A stretch of 32,000 bases of DNA from Thermodesulfobacteriota bacterium (lineage in GTDB: Bacteria; Desulfobacterota; WTBG01; JAGOGO01), in NCBI GenBank assembly GCA_026625185.1, contig CP113000.1, forward strand, positions 180,001-212,000. Direction: 5' to 3'. The notes under the pieces were generated by a model that worked only from the letters and a program-made list of their open reading frames with translations, was not told the origin of the DNA and did no database searches. Numbering within the stretch: position 1 is the first letter of the stretch; every line of letters begins with the position of its first letter. The translations under genes and the position numbers were made by a program. This document shows positions 26,449-32,000 of the stretch, in pieces.

Positions 26449-26868
26449 TTAGTTGCCAAGGATTTGAACAACTACCTCTCTCTCCCTCGGACGATTATCA
26501 AAATCGAGGAGGACAATTTGCTGCCATGCTCCGACCAGCAATTTTTTATTAGTCACGGGGATATTAAGGGAGGGGCCTAATAAACTGGCCCGAACATGGG
26601 AATATCCATTGCCATCACCCCATCGGAGGTTATGTTGATAGGAAATATTTTGAGGGGCAATTTTTTCAATAGTCCGAATTAAATCGTTTACCACCCCTTG
26701 TTCATATTCAATAGTGGTAAGAGCAGCGGTTGATCCAGCTACAAATAAAAATACCACTCCTTCCTTAATGCCCGAGCCTCGAAGGGCTTCGGTTACCTGG
26801 GGAGTGATATCAATAACATCAGTATTGCCAGATGTCTGACAGTGAATCGCGGTGCGGTGTATTTCCAT
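26449..26868 (-). CDS. yjbQ: YjbQ/UPF0047-family protein (secondary thiamine-phosphate synthase-like)
   Basis: 139 aa with DITPQV, STAALTTIEYE, GYSHVRASLLGPS and QQIVLLDFD, typical of the family. Confidence 0.85.
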   Translation of the reverse strand: MEIHRTAIHCQTSGNTDVIDITPQVTEALRGSGIKEGVVFLFVAGSTAALTTIEYEQGVVNDLIRTIEKIAPQNISYQHNLRWGDGNGYSHVRASLLGPSLNIPVTNKKLLVGAWQQIVLLDFDNRPREREVVVQILGN

Positions 26869-27037
26869 AGAATATCGTTTTTTTGCCCAACCTAAAAATA
26901 ATAGGTATGTTATTAGTTACCATACCCAAACCCAAAATGCAAGTATTTAACCATTGATTTTCAAAATATAATTAGTTTAATTTATTTAGTTATTTATCGA
27001 AATCGCTTATTTTAAAAACTTGAAGGAGTTAAATCAC

Positions 27038-27139
27038 CATGACAGGATTTGGAAAACGTTTTCCTAAAATTTGGGGGTTTTGTAAAAAAAATCATCTGCG
27101 GCGTACAAATGTTAACCAGGGCATAAATATGACGACCTA
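27038..27139 (+). CDS. Candidate 33-aa basic small protein
   Basis: ATG 27038 is preceded by AAGGAG (27022-27027, 10-nt spacing). The product is MTGFGKRFPKIWGFCKKNHLRRTNVNQGINMTT. A strong plus-strand terminator follows ~100 nt downstream. No homology assessment was possible. Confidence 0.3.
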
Positions 27140-27239
27140 ATACCTCTTCCTGTCCGTAAAACGTAAATTGTAAGTCGTGAAGCGTGAAAGGTAAAAAGTT
27201 CAATACCGAGTAGAAGTTTTAAGTCTAACTTTTAAGTTT

Positions 27240-27289
27240 TAAGGGTTAAGATTTAATCTTACCTCTTAAAACTTAACCCTTTTCTTTTC
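27240..27289 (+). terminator. Rho-independent terminator-like hairpin 18 nt upstream of mazG
   Basis: AAGGGTTAAGATTTAA (27240-27255) pairs with TTAAAACTTAACCCTT (27265-27280): 16 positions with one A.A mismatch and a 9-nt loop, followed by TTCTTTTCC. The left flank carries TTTTAAG-type heptamer reiterations. Confidence 0.5.
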
Positions 27290-27307
27290 CTTAATAAAGG
27301 TTATGTT

Positions 27308-27991
27308 ATGGAAAAAGCTGAAAAACTTTTTAGAGATTTAGTATTTCTTATCCGTACATTAAGGGGTGATGGAGGGTGTCCCTGGGATAGAAAACAAACA
27401 ATTGAGACCCTGAAATACTATCTCCAGGAGGAATTTCAAGAGTTTATTGAGGCATTAGAAAAAAAATCTCCAGAGAAAATTCAGGAAGAAATGGGTGATT
27501 TAATTTTTCTGCTTCTTTTTTGTGCGGAAATTGCACGCGATGAAGGTAATTTTAGTATTGGGGATGTGTTGGAAAATGTAAAAAAGAAGATGGTCGGCCG
27601 TCACCCCCATGTTTTTGAAGGCCGGGAAGCAAATAATATTTTTGAAATCAGAGAGAATTGGCAAGAGATAAAGAAAAAAGAAAAAGTCATAGCTTCACAA
27701 CGCACCCTGAAAGAAAAACTCCCCCGTCATCTTCCTGTCTTACTTCAAGTCTACTGGCTAACGAAGCGTTTAGGGGAGAGTACGTCTCCTTTAAAGGTGA
27801 TGGAGAAAATGGAAGCAGAGACTACAAAGCTTAAAAAGGAATTAATTGACGAAAACCAAGAGATGGTAAAGCAATGCTTAGGAGATATCTTTCTTGATTT
27901 AGTTAACCTCAGTCGGTTCATAAAAGTTAATCCCGAAGCGTTGTTAAGAGAATCCCTAATGAAGCGCATTCAAGAAAACTTTGGGGTTTAA
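27308..27991 (+). CDS. mazG: MazG nucleoside triphosphate pyrophosphohydrolase
   Basis: GCPWDRKQT, EEFQEFIEA and EEMGDLIFLLLF; 227 aa. Confidence 0.9.
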   Translation: MEKAEKLFRDLVFLIRTLRGDGGCPWDRKQTIETLKYYLQEEFQEFIEALEKKSPEKIQEEMGDLIFLLLFCAEIARDEGNFSIGDVLENVKKKMVGRHPHVFEGREANNIFEIRENWQEIKKKEKVIASQRTLKEKLPRHLPVLLQVYWLTKRLGESTSPLKVMEKMEAETTKLKKELIDENQEMVKQCLGDIFLDLVNLSRFIKVNPEALLRESLMKRIQENFGV

Positions 27992-28025
27992 GCACTATTG
28001 TTTTTGAGAAATTATATTTCTCGTC

Positions 28026-28054
28026 TTGACATTACGAGGTTGAATGACTAATAT
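28026..28054 (+). promoter_or_regulatory. Near-consensus sigma70-type promoter
   Basis: TTGACA (28026-28031), 17-nt spacer, TAATAT (28049-28054). It lies ~220 nt upstream of the htrA start. Confidence 0.45.
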
Positions 28055-28155
28055 AACCCAATAAAATTTAAAATTTTTTCGGCAAAAGAGAAAAAACTTT
28101 TCTACACCCTGCTTCTCTGGCAGTAACTCGTAGATGATCAACCGGGGTGAAAGGC

Positions 28156-28182
28156 GAACTTTATCCACTCGCGTACTGTCTT
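28156..28182 (+). promoter_or_regulatory. ECF (RpoE-like) promoter candidate upstream of htrA
   Basis: GAACTT (28156-28161), 16 nt, GTCTT (28178-28182). This resembles the GGAACTT-N16-TC... / AAC...GTC pattern of ECF sigma promoters that commonly drive degP/htrA. Confidence 0.3.
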
Positions 28183-28276
28183 CTCATGATTAGGTAATAT
28201 ATAAATCCGGGTCTGTTAGTTACGTCATGAAGCGACCCTTGAATATAACTTTAACCATTTATTGAGGAAATTAATT

Positions 28277-29776
28277 ATGAAAAAAATTTCTATTCGTTTT
28301 TCTATCGGTACATGGCTGGCGGTAACTATTCTATTGGCGTGGATTTTACCTGCCTGTAATAAACCGAGCGAACAACCTGGAAAAACTAAAGGGGTTGCTG
28401 TGGCGACGCCTCCGCCCCTTACTACTAATGCGACCCCGGCGGCTGAATCCACCACCGGGCCCTTAGACTTACGAACTGCCATCATCCAGGTTGCCCAAAA
28501 AAACATTCCGGCGGTAGTGCACATTGAGGTAACTGAGCGTCAAACAATACCTAATCCCTTTTCCCCTTTTAACAATGATCCCTTTTTTCGGTTTTTCTTT
28601 CCGGACGTCCCTCGAGAGCAGAAACGGGAATTAAAGGGTATCGGGACCGGCATCATCCTCGACACCAAAGGTCATATCCTTACGAATAATCATGTGGCCG
28701 GAGGGGCAACCAAGATTCAGGTTCTCATAGCCGATGGCCGAACCTATCCCGGAAAATTAGTGGGGGCTGATCCTAAAACGGATTTGGCAGTTATTCAGAT
28801 CGAAGCCAAAGAGCCGCTTCCGTATGTTACCTTTGCTGATTCTGACAAAGTGCAGGTAGGAGAATGGGTAGTTGCCATCGGCCATCCCCGTGGTTTGGAC
28901 CAGACAGTTACCCAAGGAATCATCAGCGCTAAACATCGCACGGGTATTACTGATCCCAACTCATATCAAGATTTTCTTCAGACTGATGCCGCTATAAATC
29001 CCGGCAACAGTGGCGGACCATTACTTACTCTTACCGGGAAAGTAATCGGAATCAATTCCGCAATTATCTCCGAGTCAGGAGGTTATGAAGGGATCGGCTT
29101 TGCCATCCCCGGCAATATGGCCCTCCATGTTGCCAACTCGCTCATTGCTCGTGGCAAAGTAGAGCGCGGATGGTTGGGCGTGAGCGCTCAAGACCTTACT
29201 CCGGATCTTGCGCAGTCCTTTGGATTGGGGTCTCCCAAAGGAGCTTTGGTTGCCGAGGTAACAAAAGATGGACCCGCGGATAAAGCGGGAATTAAGCGGG
29301 GTGATGTGGTACTTGCTTATAAAGCCAAAGAAATTCCTGACGCCAGCACCCTGAGAAATGAAGTAGCAAATACTCCGAGTGGCGAACCGGTTAAGGTGAT
29401 CCTCTGGCGAGACAAAGAACGGAAGGAAATTACGGTCACCATGGGGAACTTAGAAAGTGTCGCCAAAGTAGAACGCTCGTCTCTTAAAAAAAGGTTAGGG
29501 GGAGAATTTCGGGCAGTACGTTCGGAGGACGTTGAAAAATATAATCTGGAGTCACAAACCGGGGTGGTGATTACGTCAGTAGATCCCAAGGGGGCGTTAG
29601 CTGAAGCGGGCTTTGAGGTGGATGATATTATTCTTAGTATCAATCGTGCGCCAATTGATGACCCATCAACCTTTGCTGAACTTATCAGCAAAGTTCCTCC
29701 TCGTCAAAAATTGGGGGTTCTGATCCTGGACCACCGAACGGGCAATGCCACGTATGCCCCGTTGGTAGTGAGATAA
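28277..29776 (+). CDS. htrA: Do/HtrA-family periplasmic serine endoprotease with two PDZ domains
   Basis: Catalytic His (ILTNNHV) and Ser (INPGNSGGPL), with two PDZ-like C-terminal segments. ATG 28277 has GAGGA 8 nt upstream. The N-terminus has a lipobox-like LPAC. Confidence 0.9.
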   Translation: MKKISIRFSIGTWLAVTILLAWILPACNKPSEQPGKTKGVAVATPPPLTTNATPAAESTTGPLDLRTAIIQVAQKNIPAVVHIEVTERQTIPNPFSPFNNDPFFRFFFPDVPREQKRELKGIGTGIILDTKGHILTNNHVAGGATKIQVLIADGRTYPGKLVGADPKTDLAVIQIEAKEPLPYVTFADSDKVQVGEWVVAIGHPRGLDQTVTQGIISAKHRTGITDPNSYQDFLQTDAAINPGNSGGPLLTLTGKVIGINSAIISESGGYEGIGFAIPGNMALHVANSLIARGKVERGWLGVSAQDLTPDLAQSFGLGSPKGALVAEVTKDGPADKAGIKRGDVVLAYKAKEIPDASTLRNEVANTPSGEPVKVILWRDKERKEITVTMGNLESVAKVERSSLKKRLGGEFRAVRSEDVEKYNLESQTGVVITSVDPKGALAEAGFEVDDIILSINRAPIDDPSTFAELISKVPPRQKLGVLILDHRTGNATYAPLVVR

Positions 29777-29814
29777 GTTTCCTTCTTAAAAATTCAGAAG
29801 AAAAATTTTTCTCA

Positions 29815-30657
29815 ATGGAACTATTTACTGCCAGGAGCTATTTCGAATTAATCGCCTTTGGTTTTGGCACGGGGGTTTACGGCACTCTCATCGGGGCAGG
29901 GGGAGGCTTTGTGTTAATGCCCCTGTTGGTTTTATTGTACCCCCAGCAAAATCCGGAAAAGCTCACGAGTATTTCTTTAGCGGTAGTTTTTTTTAATGCT
30001 TTGTCGGGATCAGAGGCTTATGCCCACATGAAACGGATTGATTACCGCTCGGGAATCATTTTCGCTCTCGCCACGATCCCCGGTGCCATTTTGGGGGCAA
30101 TTCATACCAGTTTTATTTCTCGGCGCTTATTTGATGGCCTCTTCGTTATCTTACTGTTGGCAGCTTCGATATTTTTGCTCTTCCATCCGAATTTGGTTGA
30201 ACGACCCCGTAAAGGGTCTGCTCCCCGTCAGAGCGAACGCCACCTGGTTGATGCGGCCGGCATGAGGTATAATTATTCTTTTAACCTTTCGATCGGAGTC
30301 GTAGTGAGTGTTTTTGTAGGTTATATTTCAAGTTTTTTAGGGATTGGTGGCGGAATTATCCATGTCCCGGCACTTGTATATCTCTTGCATTTCCCGGTGC
30401 ATATTGCTACTGCAACCTCTCATTTTGTATTAGCTATTATGGCGCTTACGGGAACGTTGGTTCATATGGTAATGGGTACCTTTAGCCATGGGGTACATCA
30501 GACTATCGCTTTGGCAATAGGAGTAGTTCTGGGAGCTCAAGTGGGAGCCTACCTTTCTAACCGGATTAAAGGAACCTGGATTATTCGAAGCCTTGCACTT
30601 GCTTTAGGGTTTATAGGCATCAGGATCCTGATGATTCTTTTTCAAGGAAAAATATAA
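29815..30657 (+). CDS. TauE/SafE-family anion exporter
   Basis: 280-aa polytopic protein with an internally repeated architecture (GAGGGFVLMP and GIGGGIIHVP). Confidence 0.8.
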   Translation: MELFTARSYFELIAFGFGTGVYGTLIGAGGGFVLMPLLVLLYPQQNPEKLTSISLAVVFFNALSGSEAYAHMKRIDYRSGIIFALATIPGAILGAIHTSFISRRLFDGLFVILLLAASIFLLFHPNLVERPRKGSAPRQSERHLVDAAGMRYNYSFNLSIGVVVSVFVGYISSFLGIGGGIIHVPALVYLLHFPVHIATATSHFVLAIMALTGTLVHMVMGTFSHGVHQTIALAIGVVLGAQVGAYLSNRIKGTWIIRSLALALGFIGIRILMILFQGKI

Positions 30658-30694
30658 AATTATCGATAATACCCTTTAGGTATCTTCAAAGAAG

Positions 30695-31276
30695 ATAAAC
30701 CTCGAGCTTTTAGTTTCAACGTATGGGTATCCAGCGCTTTTTATAGGTACCTTTTTAGAAGGGGAAACGATTTTGGTGATCGCCGTTTTTTTGGCGCATC
30801 GCGGTTACCTCGAACTTCCCTGGGTGATTTTAATCGCTTTTTGGGGAACCTTCTCCGGAGATCAGCTTTATTTCTGGCTTGGCCGGACCAAAGGGGTTAG
30901 CTTTCTAACCAGAAGGCCTTCTTATCGGCGGGGAGTAGAAAAAGCCCAGGACCTTCTTGGAAAGCATCAAAAGCTCATTATCTTAGGATTCCGTTTTGTC
31001 TACGGACTTCGCAACGTAATACCTTTTGCCATTGGGATAAGTAATATTAACCCCAAACAATTTATTGTGCTTAACGCTCTGGGCGCGATCGTATGGGCAA
31101 TGATAGTAGGCAGCGGAGGTTATTTATTCGGCAATGCATTGGAAATTATCATTGGCGACATAAAGCACTACGAATTGGAAACCCTGGCAGTCATTGCTAT
31201 TAACGGCGTCATAGTGTGGTTGGTATATTTTTGTCGCCACTGGAGAACTAACCATTTTGCAATAAAAAACAAGTGA
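30695..31276 (+). CDS. DedA-family membrane protein, start codon uncertain
   Basis: DedA motifs YGYPALFIGTFLEGETI, FSGDQLYFWLGR and GFRFVYGLRNVIPFAIG. The conserved YGY...FLEGE segment (30719-30769) lies upstream of the first canonical start (TTG 30773). The frame is open only from 30680, and the best candidate start is ATA 30695. Confidence 0.75.
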   Translation: MNLELLVSTYGYPALFIGTFLEGETILVIAVFLAHRGYLELPWVILIAFWGTFSGDQLYFWLGRTKGVSFLTRRPSYRRGVEKAQDLLGKHQKLIILGFRFVYGLRNVIPFAIGISNINPKQFIVLNALGAIVWAMIVGSGGYLFGNALEIIIGDIKHYELETLAVIAINGVIVWLVYFCRHWRTNHFAIKNK

Positions 31277-31313
31277 ATACCATCATCCGTTATCTGGATA
31301 TAGAAATAAAAGG

Positions 31314-31339
31314 GGAGGTAAAACAGGGAGATAAAACAG
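31314..31339 (+). repeat. Tandem 13-nt direct repeat
   Basis: GGAGGTAAAACAG (31314-31326) is immediately followed by GGAGATAAAACAG (31327-31339), 12/13 identical, in the dedA-cls spacer. Confidence 0.6.
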
Positions 31340-31444
31340 CTAAAGACTTGAAGACCTAAACCCTTATTACCCATATTAACCCAACAAAATGCTTGTTAAA
31401 TCTGTCATGAATACGATGAGGACTAACGTCAGGAATAGACTGCA

Positions 31445-32000
31445 ATGACGACGACCGTTGGTAATCTGGCACACTACGTCTGGCACATCGCTGCCATCGG
31501 ACTTGGGTTGCTTCTCTCTGTGTTGGCGACTGGGCACGCGGTTCTCAACAAGCGCGATCCGCGTGCCGCCATCGCGTGGGTAGGGTTTGTTTGGTTCGTG
31601 CCCTTGGTCGGGGCTGTCATGTACTTCATGTTCGGAGTCAATCGCATTCGCCATAAGGCCGCTTTGCTGCGAAGGAACCTTGAGCGGTACCGGGCACAAG
31701 CGGCGCAACCAGAATGTCTGCCCGAAGACCTGCAGCGTCATCTGCCGGATCACGGAGGGCATCTCAAGGTACTGGCTCGGGTCGTTGGGAGTGTGGTAGA
31801 GCGTCCCTTGCTGCCGGGCAATCGGATCGATCCGTTGGTGAACGGAGATGAAGCCTATCCGGCCATGCTGGAAGCGATTCACAACGCACGCCGGACAGTC
31901 TCTTTCGTGACCTATATCTTCGATCGGGACGAAGTCGGGATTGCCTTTGCGCATGCGCTTGGTGAGGCCGCCCGCCGGGGCGTGGAAGTGCGGGTGCTGA
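31445..32000 (+). CDS. cls: Cardiolipin synthase, 5' part (runs off the window)
   Basis: MTTTVGNLAHYVWHIAAIGLGLLLSVLATGHAVLNKRDPRAAIAWVGFVWFVPLVGAVMYFMFGVNRIRHKA... then NGDEAYPAMLEAIHNARRTVSFVTYIF. This is the typical Cls N-terminus (two TM helices) and the start of the first PLD domain. An in-frame TAG at 31436 fixes ATG 31445 as the first start. Confidence 0.85.
   Translation, partial: MTTTVGNLAHYVWHIAAIGLGLLLSVLATGHAVLNKRDPRAAIAWVGFVWFVPLVGAVMYFMFGVNRIRHKAALLRRNLERYRAQAAQPECLPEDLQRHLPDHGGHLKVLARVVGSVVERPLLPGNRIDPLVNGDEAYPAMLEAIHNARRTVSFVTYIFDRDEVGIAFAHALGEAARRGVEVRVL

Noticed and set aside
27012-27203. 63-aa minus-strand ORF
   Set aside because: No SD and no motif. It is antisense to the SD-preceded 33-codon plus-strand ORF, which also has a matching terminator.
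31376-31954. 192-aa minus-strand ORF
   Set aside because: It is antisense to the plus-strand frame, which has clear cardiolipin-synthase homology. It is a GC-rich shadow ORF.
1-32000. CRISPR arrays, tRNA/rRNA/tmRNA genes, IS elements
   Set aside because: I saw no regularly spaced direct repeats, no T-arm (GGTTCGAATCC-type) or rRNA signatures, and no transposase or integrase-like ORFs on either strand.

Overview
This 32-kb bacterial chromosomal window is gene-dense and mostly housekeeping. Minus strand: adenine-deaminase-like amidohydrolase, TerC-family protein, ychF, hppA, pth, rplY, prs, asd, dapA, tandem M16 peptidase, nusB-ribH-ribBA-ribE, ybeY-pgpH-phoH and yjbQ. Plus strand: cobB, mazG, htrA, a TauE-family protein, a DedA-family protein and the 5' part of cls. 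I recognised no rRNA, tRNA, CRISPR array, transposase or integrase. Composition is uneven in the 60-nt lines I counted by hand: most genes 37-55% GC, spacers 10-32%, hppA 48-62%, cls 63-70%. Accessory DNA is limited to small, mostly decayed pieces. These are a 5'-truncated GT2 gene and an internally deleted dinB at the left edge, a HepT-like HEPN fragment between ybeY and ribE, and a ~1.3-kb islet (17.67-19.0 kb) between the M16 peptidase and nusB. The islet is the best candidate for something undescribed. It holds a C10-containing hairpin, a 106-nt three-way-junction inverted-repeat element, an intact orphan 230-aa ORF with PD-(D/E)xK-like motifs, a post-stop hairpin, and overlapping DUF433-like and HicA-like debris. 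I could not assign the structured element or the ORF to a known family from sequence alone. Other points worth a second look: hppA inserted into the prs-rplY-pth-ychF block, a very GC-rich cls at the right edge, a candidate 3'-UTR sRNA after ybeY, a small SD-preceded ORF with terminator just upstream of mazG, and a DedA gene whose conserved N-terminus lies upstream of any canonical start codon.
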